Both the position numbers and the translations under genes were made by a program. Of a stretch of DNA of 64,000 nt, positions 1-9,004 are shown one piece after another (position 1 is the stretch's first letter; every line of letters starts with the position of its first letter). Below the pieces are notes generated by a model. It did not search any database. It was not told the origin of the DNA and saw nothing but the letters and a program-made list of their open reading frames with translations. Origin of the DNA: Candidatus Leptofilum sp. (GTDB taxonomy: Bacteria; Chloroflexota; Anaerolineae; Promineifilales; Promineifilaceae); NCBI RefSeq assembly GCF_965223525.1, contig NZ_CBDCWX010000005.1, positions 323,414-387,413 on the forward strand, in the 5' to 3' direction.

Positions 1-720
1 AATGTTGTCCTCTACACGAATGATGGTCACTCTCCCGAAAGTTTACTGAGCCTGTTTCGCAGCCGAGATGTGGATGGTTTTGTCATTATCTGGAATCACG
101 TTCCGGCCACTTTTATTGATGTTTTGCTAGAGGCAAATGTTCCGTTCGTCATTCTGGGTCGTCGTGTAGAGCATGAGCAAGCTTCTTTCATAGCCCCGGA
201 CAATTACAATGGTGCGCGTACCCTCATGCAGCACCTTATTTCGTTAGGCCATCGGCGGATTGGCTTCACGACGCGCCCAACGATGGGCCACACTCATGAA
301 GATCGCTTTAATGCGTACAAAGATGCCCTCCACGAGGCAACCATCCCCTACGATCCCGATCTGGTTGTGGAAACGCAAATTGAATCCCGTAGCGGTTACC
401 ATGCTGCGAATCAATTGCTCGATCTGGCTGAACCGCCAACGGCCGTATTCGCTTTTCATGATTTTGTGGCCATAGACGCCCAGCAGGCCATTTTGGATCG
501 GGGTCTGCGTATTCCCCAAGATATTGCCCTGGCAGGTTTTGATGGGCTGCGTACCTCTCTTTTTACCTCTCCCCCCATTACCACCGTCAGCCAGCCCTTG
601 GCCCAAATTGGCCAGGAATCTGTTTTAACTTTGCTTCAACTCATCGAAGATGACACCCATCCCCCTATTCAAAAAACATTACCTGTAGAACTCATTATCA
701 GACAATCAACCGTTGCTTAA
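1..720 (+). CDS. LacI-family transcriptional regulator, effector-binding domain only (5' end lies outside the window)
   Basis: Frame 1 is open from base 1 to the stop at 718-720. The product aligns over its whole length with the C-terminal two thirds of the complete LacI-type protein at 13854-14867 (HRRIGFTTRP, EPPTAVFAxHDxVAxD, GLRxPQDIAxAGFD, PVELIxRQST). Confidence 0.85.
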   Translation, partial: NVVLYTNDGHSPESLLSLFRSRDVDGFVIIWNHVPATFIDVLLEANVPFVILGRRVEHEQASFIAPDNYNGARTLMQHLISLGHRRIGFTTRPTMGHTHEDRFNAYKDALHEATIPYDPDLVVETQIESRSGYHAANQLLDLAEPPTAVFAFHDFVAIDAQQAILDRGLRIPQDIALAGFDGLRTSLFTSPPITTVSQPLAQIGQESVLTLLQLIEDDTHPPIQKTLPVELIIRQSTVA

Positions 721-745
721 TCATTGTTAGGAAACAAACATTCAA

Positions 746-1846
746 ATGACAAAAGAAAAAGACCAGACTCACAGTCCTGCTCTTGATGCAGACCTTACGC
801 TGCACAGCAAAGGAAATTTAACACATCTCTTGTCCACTGATGGGCGCACCGAGCCTGCTATGCCCGGCTTTGCCCCCCAATTTCACGACATCGTTGATTA
901 CATTGTAAAAATAACGCATGAAATCTGGGAGGAGCGCGGCATCGGCCGTCTGTACGAATATTATGCCACCAACATGCGTATCCATACGTCCAATGGCGAC
1001 ATCTACACGCGAGATAAAGTCATCGAGGCCACCATTCAGGCATTGGCTGCCTTCCCAGATCGCCGCCTCTATGCAGATGAGGTCATTTGGGCCGGGGATG
1101 ATGAACAGGGGTACTTTTCCTCGCATCGCCTAACGCATGAAGGGCACAACTGGGGGCATTCATCTTATGGGCCACCGACTGGCAAAAAAGTTAGCTACCG
1201 CGCCATTGCCGACTGTGCCGTGGTTGAGGGTGTCATCGTGGAGGAGTGGCTAGTGCGGGATGAGCTATCTTTGGTATACCAGCTTGGCTTTGATGTGCAT
1301 GAAATGGCGCGTCAGTTGGCGCAGCAAGAGGCAGACGTTGGCCAACAATTTATGATTCCTTCTGAGCCAGAGCGGCTCAGAGGCCAGCTTCCACCCGAAG
1401 CCCCGCCTGCTGACTCACAAGCGTTTAACGTTGGCCGGTTTGTGGAGCGAGCCGTTCATGAAATTTGGAATTGGCGCTTATTGAACAAAGTTGATGATTA
1501 CTATACTCCGCAATTTGTTTGTGAATCTGCATCGGGGCGGCGTTTGTACGGCCGTAACCAATACCGCAACTATATCCTATCCCTACTTTCACCCTTCCCA
1601 GACATGGCCGTCTCTGTAGACCACTTTTGCGCCTTGCGCGACGGTCCAAACCGCTACCGTACTGCTACCCGCTGGATCATGACAGGAACCCACACAGGCC
1701 CAGGCATTTACGGTGTGCCCACCGGCCAACAAATTCGCATTATGGGCATTAGCCACCATCTGGTGGAAGACGGCAAATTCATCCAAGAATGGACACTGTT
1801 TGACGAGTTTGCCCTGCTCAAACAGCTTTACAAGCCATCATCGTAA
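746..1846 (+). CDS. two-domain SnoaL-like / NTF2-superfamily protein (ester-cyclase-like), function unknown
   Basis: 366 aa with two consecutive ~130-aa modules. Each has a SnoaL-type layout (THEIWEE / VHEIWNW helix, FPD motif, G.PTGK / GVPTGQ strand, EEW / QEW end). Starts 25 nt after the LacI stop. Confidence 0.65.
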   Translation: MTKEKDQTHSPALDADLTLHSKGNLTHLLSTDGRTEPAMPGFAPQFHDIVDYIVKITHEIWEERGIGRLYEYYATNMRIHTSNGDIYTRDKVIEATIQALAAFPDRRLYADEVIWAGDDEQGYFSSHRLTHEGHNWGHSSYGPPTGKKVSYRAIADCAVVEGVIVEEWLVRDELSLVYQLGFDVHEMARQLAQQEADVGQQFMIPSEPERLRGQLPPEAPPADSQAFNVGRFVERAVHEIWNWRLLNKVDDYYTPQFVCESASGRRLYGRNQYRNYILSLLSPFPDMAVSVDHFCALRDGPNRYRTATRWIMTGTHTGPGIYGVPTGQQIRIMGISHHLVEDGKFIQEWTLFDEFALLKQLYKPSS

Positions 1847-1952
1847 CAATCTGTTCGCTTAAATCACAAAGGAGGTGATGCTGCTCAGAAACACCCATTT
1901 ACAGAAGAGAAAGATGTTTTGCAAAAAATCCCATTTAGGAGAAGAAATTTCC

Positions 1953-3356
1953 ATGAAAAACACACGCTTATTCAGTTTACTTTTATTGCTTTTTGTTGCT
2001 CTATTCTTTGTGGCTTGTGGTTCATCTGGCGATGAAGGCAGTGAAGACACAGCCGAAGACACCACATCAGATGCCGATGTAACAGAAGATGCTGATGAAG
2101 AAATGGACGAAGAAATGGCCGAGGATATGGGGGTTGAAGGCTGCCATATCGCTGCCCCAGCCGAAGATACCGAAATCAATATGATTGGTTGGTCCTTCCC
2201 CATTACCGATTATTATGCCGAAGAGCTAGAAAAATGTAACGGCGTCGAAAATCTTACCGTTAACACAAATCTGCTTGCCTCGGCCGATGCCCAAGAGCAG
2301 GTACGTTTGGCTCTTTCCTCCGGCGGCGATTCCCCCTTTGATATTGTCCATTCGGCCAATTCTGGTGTAGCAGAATGGGCTGGTGAAGGTTGGATGATGC
2401 CCTTGAACGATCTGGTGGATAAATATTGGGATGAATATAACTTGGGCGACATTCCTGAAAAAGCTTGGGAAGGTGCCACAATTGACGGTCAAATCTACGG
2501 TGTACCGATTGTAGGTAACACGCTTCACCTCATTTACCGTCAAGACGTATTTGATGAGCTAGGTCTGGAAGTGCCAGAAACGTATGATGAAGTAATTGAG
2601 GTATGCAACGCAATTGGTTTGGACAATACCGATTGGGATATGCCGTTTACCATTAACCTTTCTGCTGGTTGGGCTTGGGAAATTGAGTTCTTCCAAATGC
2701 TGCGAGCTTATGGTGGTGATTTCCTCAATGAAGACAGCACGCCGGCCTTTAATGGAGAAGCAGGTGTCAACGCGGTTAATAAAATCATTGAGGTTGCTGA
2801 TGCCTGCATGGGTATAGATGGCTACACATTTAGCCTCAACGACCAAGAGGTTGCCTTACAGTTGGGCACCTTACCGTCCACAAACATGTGGGCCAGCCGA
2901 GCAGCCAACATGACCGATCCGGAACGTACCGATTTGGGTGATGTCATTGCTTATGCCCCGGCTCCCCGTGTTACGGCCGATAGCCCCCGTGCTGGCTCTG
3001 CCTGGAACGACTTCTACATGATTCCAGCCACAGCCACCAATGACCCCGATCTCATCTTCCGCATCATCATGGAAGCGGCTGATGAAGAAAGCCAGCAAGG
3101 TGCAGCTGCTGTGGGTATGACCACTCGCGTGGCGGTCGCCGAATTTGGCGGTCCTTATCTGCCAGCAGCCAACCAGACCCTGGCTGAAGGGATCGGCAGC
3201 TACGACAAAAATCCAGCGATCGGTATTGTGCGTGCCAAGCTAGGTGAATTCTTGCCGCTAATTGGTACGGGCGAGATGACTGTTCAAGAAGCACTTGATG
3301 CTGCCGCCGAAGCCTACATCGAAGAAGCAACAGCTCAGGGCTATATTGACGGATAA
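1953..3356 (+). CDS. ABC transporter solute-binding lipoprotein (family-1 / carbohydrate-type)
   Basis: ATG at 1953 is preceded by AGGAGAAG. It has a signal peptide with lipobox FFVAC-GSS and a long acidic tether (DEGSEDTAEDTT...DEEMDEEMAED), followed by a typical extracellular solute-binding fold. The track ORF start at 1875 is an in-frame upstream extension. About 80 percent identical by eye to 15138-16562. Confidence 0.85.
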   Translation: MKNTRLFSLLLLLFVALFFVACGSSGDEGSEDTAEDTTSDADVTEDADEEMDEEMAEDMGVEGCHIAAPAEDTEINMIGWSFPITDYYAEELEKCNGVENLTVNTNLLASADAQEQVRLALSSGGDSPFDIVHSANSGVAEWAGEGWMMPLNDLVDKYWDEYNLGDIPEKAWEGATIDGQIYGVPIVGNTLHLIYRQDVFDELGLEVPETYDEVIEVCNAIGLDNTDWDMPFTINLSAGWAWEIEFFQMLRAYGGDFLNEDSTPAFNGEAGVNAVNKIIEVADACMGIDGYTFSLNDQEVALQLGTLPSTNMWASRAANMTDPERTDLGDVIAYAPAPRVTADSPRAGSAWNDFYMIPATATNDPDLIFRIIMEAADEESQQGAAAVGMTTRVAVAEFGGPYLPAANQTLAEGIGSYDKNPAIGIVRAKLGEFLPLIGTGEMTVQEALDAAAEAYIEEATAQGYIDG

Positions 3357-3373
3357 CTAAGCTGAAGCATAAA

Positions 3374-3410
3374 GGAAGCAAGGGCTTCGCCCTTGCTTCC
3401 TATTTCTTTT
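3374..3410 (+). terminator. intrinsic terminator/attenuator between the binding-protein and permease genes
   Basis: GGAAGCAAGGGC-TTC-GCCCTTGCTTCC forms a perfect 11-12 bp stem, followed by TATTTCTTTT. Confidence 0.8.
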
Positions 3411-3456
3411 AACAGAAATATCCAGCAGCTTTTCGATAATAATCTAGGAGGAGAGT

Positions 3457-4320
3457 ATGAAACGAGATACGTTTTTCAGGTTTGCATCTCCCAGTATTCT
3501 TTTGATGACTTTGCTAATGGTTGTGCCACTGTTTATGGCCATTTGGTTGGGCATGAACTTCATGACCTTTACCAACATTACTGCGCCACAGTTTGTTGGC
3601 CTGCAAAATTATATTGACATATTGAATGATTCCCGCTTTTGGCAATCATTTCGCTTCACGGCTCTGTACGCAGCCATTGTTGTACCCGCAACTATTGTAG
3701 TGGGCTTTACCGTTGCCTTACTACTAGACCAGGTGTCGAGCTTTACCAGAGGCATTTACATGTCTATCTTTTTGCTGCCGTTCATTATTGTGCCAATTGT
3801 CGGGACGTTGATGTTTAAGCAGCTCTTTGAACCGTCGGGGCTCTTTACTTACCTTTATCAGACAATTTTGGAAACAAGATTTCGTTATACCGAAATAACT
3901 GTGAAGGTTTTGATTATTCTTTACGGTATTTGGTATGTGGCTCCCTTTGCCTTTGTGGTTTATTTTGCGGGTTTACAAACACTCTCTCAGGATCAAATTG
4001 AAGCGGCTTCAATTGATGGCGCAACCCGCTGGCAAAAAGTACGCCACATTGTCATTCCTCATTTGCGCTCGTTAACAATTCTGATTTTGCTATTTTCTAT
4101 CATGGACACGTACCGCGTTTTTGATAGTGTATTTGTTCTTTCGGAGCTAAACCCAATTTATAAGGCAGATACAGTAATGACGTATACATTCCAAACGGCG
4201 ATTACGGTACAGCGGCTGGGCAAGGCAAATGCAATGGCCATACTGACCGTCGTAGGAATTATGGTTGTCTTGATTCCAAACTTGATTCAAGCCTACCGTG
4301 AGCAAATTGAGGAGCGTTAA
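3457..4320 (+). CDS. ABC transporter permease (MalF/UgpA-like)
   Basis: 287 aa, about 6 TM helices, binding-protein-dependent transport inner-membrane signature region (...AASIDGATRWQKVRHIVIPHL...). GGAGGAG RBS. Confidence 0.85.
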   Translation: MKRDTFFRFASPSILLMTLLMVVPLFMAIWLGMNFMTFTNITAPQFVGLQNYIDILNDSRFWQSFRFTALYAAIVVPATIVVGFTVALLLDQVSSFTRGIYMSIFLLPFIIVPIVGTLMFKQLFEPSGLFTYLYQTILETRFRYTEITVKVLIILYGIWYVAPFAFVVYFAGLQTLSQDQIEAASIDGATRWQKVRHIVIPHLRSLTILILLFSIMDTYRVFDSVFVLSELNPIYKADTVMTYTFQTAITVQRLGKANAMAILTVVGIMVVLIPNLIQAYREQIEER

Positions 4321-4322
4321 AA

Positions 4323-5327
4323 ATGGAAAAGATAACAAACCCAATCGGCCGTACGTTTATTCATGTGGCTTTGATTCTGTTTGCCGTTTATAGCATTGTG
4401 CCTTTCTTTTGGACAACGTTACAGTCATTTAAGACGTTAAAAGACGCTAATTCGCGCACGCCACTCATCTTTTTTGAGCCAACTTGGGAAAACTATACAG
4501 AGTTATGGTTGCGCTCTGTGCCTGAGAACGGGGCAACAATTGGCTACTTTTTGTTGTTGGCTGTTGTGGTGCTAATTTGTTTACTTTTGTTTGCCCGCTA
4601 CCTGCCGGTGCGTAACAGCATTGTTTACCTCTTTGTAGTAGGTGCGTTTGCTGCTTTGCTGTGGGCAATTCCGCAATTGGTGGATATGGCTAAATTTTAC
4701 GACTACTTTATCAATACGATTATCGTAACGGTGGGGACGGTGGTTGTCTCGATTAGTATTGGCTGTCTGGCTGGGTATTCGTTGGCACGTTACATTGGCT
4801 TTGCCAGTGTCGTCATTTTGATTGCGGCACTTGCGTTCCGTGCCCTGCCTCGTTTGGCGTTTATTTTGCCATATTACTGGATTGGCACAGCCACGAATCT
4901 GCTGGACACGCATATTTTGGTCATCATCACGTTGGTAGCGGTTAATCAACCGTTTACCATTTGGATGCTTCGCAGTTTCTTCATGGACATTCCCAGAGAG
5001 CTTGAGGAGTCGGCTATGGTGGATGGTTGTAATCGCCTCACGGCGTTTACGCGAGTGATTATTCCTATAATGTGGCCGGGGATCATTTCAACGGCGTTGT
5101 TCTCATTGTTGCTAGCTTACAATGAGTTTTTGCTGGTGCGCTTGCTGACGCAAACAAATTGGACGCTGCCTGTGGCAATTTCGCGCTTTACCGGGGGTGA
5201 AGATCCACGCCATCTGACGCTGGCGGCGGCTTCGGCCGTTTCGGCCACGATTCCGATTGTGCTGGTCATTTTGTTCTTCCAGAAGAATTTGGTGAAGGGG
5301 TTGGCCGCTGGTGCAGTGAAAGGATAG
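4323..5327 (+). CDS. ABC transporter permease (MalG/UgpE-like)
   Basis: 334 aa polytopic protein with the EAA-type loop (ESAMVDGCNRLTAFTRVIIPIM). Starts 3 nt after the upstream permease, so the two are probably translationally coupled. Confidence 0.85.
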   Translation: MEKITNPIGRTFIHVALILFAVYSIVPFFWTTLQSFKTLKDANSRTPLIFFEPTWENYTELWLRSVPENGATIGYFLLLAVVVLICLLLFARYLPVRNSIVYLFVVGAFAALLWAIPQLVDMAKFYDYFINTIIVTVGTVVVSISIGCLAGYSLARYIGFASVVILIAALAFRALPRLAFILPYYWIGTATNLLDTHILVIITLVAVNQPFTIWMLRSFFMDIPRELEESAMVDGCNRLTAFTRVIIPIMWPGIISTALFSLLLAYNEFLLVRLLTQTNWTLPVAISRFTGGEDPRHLTLAAASAVSATIPIVLVILFFQKNLVKGLAAGAVKG

Positions 5328-5449
5328 GCACGGCCGTATCTTTGCAACGCATCTGGGTAGGTGAGGAGGTGATGCCTACAAGCAGACCCAAAGACAAATA
5401 GGTTCATGAAAGATTCGATAACTATAAACGTTTCAAGGAGAAAACAATA

Positions 5450-6772
5450 ATGAAAATCAGACCGTTTTTTATCGTAATTGCTGCTGTTGCTGGCCTTCTT
5501 GTCTTGATAGGAATGCAGTCCAATGCGGCCGCAGGTGAAGCTATGGCTGTTCAGGCAGTAGAGCAGGCGCGTGTCCCTGATCTGGAACCGCCCGCCATTC
5601 AATCATTGCGGCAGCTTTCGATTGATGGCTTGCGGGGACGGACGTTCCGTTCATCCATAACCATTGAAGAACAGCTTGGTGATGCTAATGGCTCATCAGA
5701 CTACTCTCAGTTTTATGGCGTGCCTTACTACAACACCTACATGGCCTCTTACCAATCTGATGGATTGAATGTCTATTCTCGCGTTGATATTCCCCCAACG
5801 GAAATGCCTGAAGATGGTTACCCCGTCATTGTTTTTGCTCACGGCTGGGTGGGTGCCAATGGTGCACCAGGCTACACGTTTAACTACGCCGCCAGCTCAT
5901 ACTATGGCGACATGCTGGATGCTTACGTGAAAGCGGGCTATGTTTTGCTCATGCCTGGCTTCCGTGGGCACGGTACGGTGAATGGTGTCCCTGCTGACGG
6001 CATTGAGTACATGCACGCCTATGACAATGGCAGCTACCTCTCGACGATGTTTTACGCCATTGATATTCTCAATTTGCTGGGTGGCGTTGATTCGCTTAAT
6101 CACACAGATTGGGCAGCCTGGGGTGCGGGCGATGTTAAAATTGATACCAGCCGCATCTACCTGACAGCACATTCGCAGGGTGGCGATGCTGCCTTCACCG
6201 CGCTGACTGTATCCAGCAGCCCGAAATTGGATAATCATTTTGCCGCTGCTTCGCTTTGGGCCAGCAGCATTGAAGGACGCATTGAGCAAGGCGCATTCCT
6301 GGGGCCGCAAGAGTGGAGTTCCGATGCCTGGACAGACCCAGCTTACTTCCCGCACATGCCATCATGGTGGGATCCCGCCTGGTCTACCGCCACCATCGAG
6401 GATGGCCTTGCCAACCGCAAAAACACGATGTACGACACCGTGAATACGTACGTGGCTGATCAAGGGAATGCTGAGCCAGATACAAATTCTCTGGTAGAGA
6501 TTATGGCTACGCTGGATGCGGCCAAGCATACGCAGTACATCACCGCACCGCTTGATCTTCATTATTCGGATATGGATCATTATTCAATTCCTGAGTGGAA
6601 TGAGGGGATTATGCGAAAACTACGTATGATGGGCGGTTCTGGGAATACGTATCTGTATGCGGGAAATTCGCATGAATTCAGGGTGATTGATGGCTGGTCG
6701 CCTGTCGGCGCTGAGGCTGGGCGCGACCTAGCAATTGAGCGAACAATTGCACTCTTCAATGACACGCAATAA
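5450..6772 (+). CDS. secreted alpha/beta-fold hydrolase (esterase/peptidase-like)
   Basis: N-terminal signal peptide, oxyanion-type VIVFAHGW, nucleophile elbow AHSQGG. AAGGAGAAAA RBS. Confidence 0.6.
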   Translation: MKIRPFFIVIAAVAGLLVLIGMQSNAAAGEAMAVQAVEQARVPDLEPPAIQSLRQLSIDGLRGRTFRSSITIEEQLGDANGSSDYSQFYGVPYYNTYMASYQSDGLNVYSRVDIPPTEMPEDGYPVIVFAHGWVGANGAPGYTFNYAASSYYGDMLDAYVKAGYVLLMPGFRGHGTVNGVPADGIEYMHAYDNGSYLSTMFYAIDILNLLGGVDSLNHTDWAAWGAGDVKIDTSRIYLTAHSQGGDAAFTALTVSSSPKLDNHFAAASLWASSIEGRIEQGAFLGPQEWSSDAWTDPAYFPHMPSWWDPAWSTATIEDGLANRKNTMYDTVNTYVADQGNAEPDTNSLVEIMATLDAAKHTQYITAPLDLHYSDMDHYSIPEWNEGIMRKLRMMGGSGNTYLYAGNSHEFRVIDGWSPVGAEAGRDLAIERTIALFNDTQ

Positions 6773-6793
6773 CGTTCTTTACGTTTTTACAGT

Positions 6794-8131
6794 ATGGTAA
6801 AACATGTAGAGTTAGCCAGACGGAACAAGCAGTTCACCCTGACATCCTGGCAGACCCAAAATGGCTGGCGGCCGGTTAGCATGGCGCGAGCCGACGACGT
6901 CTACTTTTGGGACGCCAACGGTAAGCGCTACCTGGATTGGTCGTCTCAACTGGTTAATGTCAATATCGGCCACAACAACCAGCAGGTAATTGAAGCCATT
7001 CAGGCTCAGGCGGCTAAGTTAACCTATGCTATGCCGTCACTCGCCACCGAACCACGTGCTCGGCTGGGTGAACTGCTGGCAGAGATTACACCGGATGGTT
7101 TAACCAAGAGCTTTTTTACGCTAGGCGGCGCGGACGCTATTGAAAATGCCATGAAAATTGCCCGGCTGGTAACGGGTCGGCAAAAAATATTGACCCGTTA
7201 CCGGGCTTATCATGGGGGCACCTTTGGCGCGATGTCTGCTGGCGGCGATCCGCGCCGTCTGGCTAATGAACCGGGCGTCCCCTGGATTGTGCGTTTGCAC
7301 GATCCTTATGCTTACCGCAGCCCGCTTTATGACGGCCGTACCCGCGACGAAGGCGATCAGGCTCTCATTGACCAAATGGCCGAGACAATTGAGTATGAAG
7401 GCGCAGACAATATCGCCGCCGTTTTGTTGGAAGGTTACAGCGGCACCAGCGGTATCATTCAAGGCGAGGAGGTTTATTGGCGGGGCGTGCAGCAGTTGTG
7501 TGACCAGTACGGTCTGCTGCTGATTATTGATGAGGTGATGAGTGGATACGGCCGTACCGGCAAATGGTTTGGCGTTAATCATTATCCCTGGGTCAAGCCA
7601 GACATCATAGTGATGGCCAAGGGGCTTACCAGCGGCTATGTACCGCTGGGCGCAGTAGTGGTTTCCGAGCAGATTGCGGCTCATTTCGAAGAAAATGTAC
7701 TGTGGGCGGGCCTGACATACAGCGCACATGCCCTGGCCTGTGCCGCCGCCATTGCCAATATCCAGGTCTATCGCCAGCAAGATCTGATTGAGCGTTCAGC
7801 CAAAATGGGTCAGGTGCTGCGAGCGGGGCTGGTTGCTCTGGCCGAAAAACATCCCTCCGTGGGCGATATTCGCGGTACCGGGCTGCACCAGGTTATTGAA
7901 CTGGTCAAAAATCGGGACAGCCGCGAGCCGTTTAGCCCCTTTAACCAGCCCATGACCGAACCGATGCAAAAGGTAGCGGCTTTGCTGCTAGCCAATGGGA
8001 TGAGTACCTTTGTCAAATGGAACTGGATTTTCTGCACGCCGCCGCTCATCATCAATGAAGCTCAAATTGAAGAAGGATTAAGCATTATTGACAAGGCACT
8101 GATGCTGGCCGACGCCTATACCGAGGGCTAA
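6794..8131 (+). CDS. class III (omega-type) PLP-dependent aminotransferase
   Basis: 445 aa. DEVMSGYGRTGKWFG and VMAKGLTSGY (PLP lysine) motifs and the overall layout of the beta-alanine/taurine-pyruvate aminotransferase group. Confidence 0.85.
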   Translation: MVKHVELARRNKQFTLTSWQTQNGWRPVSMARADDVYFWDANGKRYLDWSSQLVNVNIGHNNQQVIEAIQAQAAKLTYAMPSLATEPRARLGELLAEITPDGLTKSFFTLGGADAIENAMKIARLVTGRQKILTRYRAYHGGTFGAMSAGGDPRRLANEPGVPWIVRLHDPYAYRSPLYDGRTRDEGDQALIDQMAETIEYEGADNIAAVLLEGYSGTSGIIQGEEVYWRGVQQLCDQYGLLLIIDEVMSGYGRTGKWFGVNHYPWVKPDIIVMAKGLTSGYVPLGAVVVSEQIAAHFEENVLWAGLTYSAHALACAAAIANIQVYRQQDLIERSAKMGQVLRAGLVALAEKHPSVGDIRGTGLHQVIELVKNRDSREPFSPFNQPMTEPMQKVAALLLANGMSTFVKWNWIFCTPPLIINEAQIEEGLSIIDKALMLADAYTEG

Positions 8132-8141
8132 CTGTTCAGTT

Positions 8142-8405
8142 ATGAACAATCAAGAAAACAAAAGAAACGTGTGGGACTTTTGGCAAAAATTGAACCATGT
8201 TGAACCTGATCCTTGAGGAGTATGAAGATTTTCATCAACGGCCGTGGCTGCATAGTTTTGGGAATCGCGGTCTCTACACCGCTGGGGGACGCTCACTTGG
8301 CATGAGCGATGTCCCATTTTCAATCCATCGGGGGAAGTTTCTGGGGATTCCGGCAACGGGGAAACTAATGACGATGCGTGATTTCGATTGGTACCGACTC
8401 CTAGA
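8142..8405 (+). pseudogene. degraded SnoaL-like gene remnant (frameshifted, truncated)
   Basis: ATG 8142 opens MNNQENKRNVWDFWQKLNHVEPDP and stops at 8214-8216. A different frame (track ORF 8197-8460) continues with ...GKFLGIPATGKLMTMRDFDWYRL. This matches the WLGIPGTGKRVRVRYMDFWRI strand of the neighbouring intact paralogs. The total is too short for a full domain. Confidence 0.45.
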
Positions 8406-8468
8406 GGTGACAGTCACCCAAAAACGGCCTCGTTGCAGCAAACCCCTCTGGTCAAGGTGACTGTCACC
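8406..8468. repeat. paired 13-bp palindromes GGTGACAGTCACC (8406-8418) and GGTGACTGTCACC (8456-8468), copy A
   Basis: The second box is the exact reverse complement of the first. Start-to-start spacing is 50 bp. The same architecture is at 9501-9563. Lies 31 nt upstream of ATG 8499. Confidence 0.8.
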
Positions 8469-8498
8469 TGAACAGTTACATTTGAGGAAAAAGCTCTT

Positions 8499-8993
8499 AT
8501 GGCAGCAGAAAAAAACAAGCAGCTTGTTGACGATATGTACAAGGGCTTGAATGAAAATATATTGGGGCTAATGCACCGTTACTGGAAAGAAGAGATGGTT
8601 TGGGAAGGGCCAGCAGGCATTGGCACGATGAACGGCATTGATGAGTTTGAGCATGTTTATCGGAAACCCTTCATCAAGGCATTCCCAGACAAACATGCCA
8701 CGGACATTGTTCGCATTGCGGAAGGGGATTGGGTGGCTGCGACTGGGTACCAAGACACGACTTTTGCCGAGGATTGGCTGGGCATTAAAGCCAGCGGCCA
8801 AAAAATTCGGATGCGTTACATGGATTTTTGGCGGGTGGAAGTAGATGAAGAAACTGGGAACCGAAAATTAGCAGAAAATCTGGTTTTAATTGATATTTTG
8901 GGTGTTCTTGAGCAATGTGGTTACGACATCAGCAAAGTTCTGCACTTCGTTGGCTCCAAACCACCAGAATTCTTTAACCAAATTGAGGAATGA
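8499..8993 (+). CDS. single-domain SnoaL-like / NTF2-superfamily protein
   Basis: 164 aa. Family motifs W.GPAGIG, FPDK, WLGI..SG.K.R.RYMDFWR, ENLVLIDILGVLEQ are shared with 9005-9505 and with the C-terminal halves of 9598-10605, 11823-12836 and 16730-17713. Confidence 0.75.
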   Translation: MAAEKNKQLVDDMYKGLNENILGLMHRYWKEEMVWEGPAGIGTMNGIDEFEHVYRKPFIKAFPDKHATDIVRIAEGDWVAATGYQDTTFAEDWLGIKASGQKIRMRYMDFWRVEVDEETGNRKLAENLVLIDILGVLEQCGYDISKVLHFVGSKPPEFFNQIEE

Positions 8994-9004
8994 GGGTCGG
9001 TTTA

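Noticed and set aside
1875-1952. Upstream extensions of track ORFs. Examples: 1875 for the binding protein, 10586 for the alcohol dehydrogenase, 11778, 19956 for the HisD-like gene, 21581, 33816 for cofD, 30764, 42770, 46629, 47427, 58839, 61581 and 62715.
   Set aside because: In each case an internal ATG is preceded by a purine-rich RBS and begins the recognisable domain or signal peptide. The extensions start at GTG/TTG, read through spacers or repeats, and have no homology-like content.
7121-7780. 219-aa ORF antisense to the aminotransferase gene
   Set aside because: It is a shadow ORF inside a gene with clear class III aminotransferase motifs on the other strand. The same reasoning applies to 54599-55156 (antisense to groEL), 33314-33919 (antisense to cofD), 33985-34626 and 34421-34816 (antisense to the M20 gene), 10730-11209, 37596-37994 and 23103-23642.
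8197-8460. 87-aa ORF as an independent gene
   Set aside because: Only its middle resembles a SnoaL strand. Its N-terminus belongs to a different frame (8142-8216). Its C-terminus reads through the conserved palindrome element. It is treated as part of a pseudogene.
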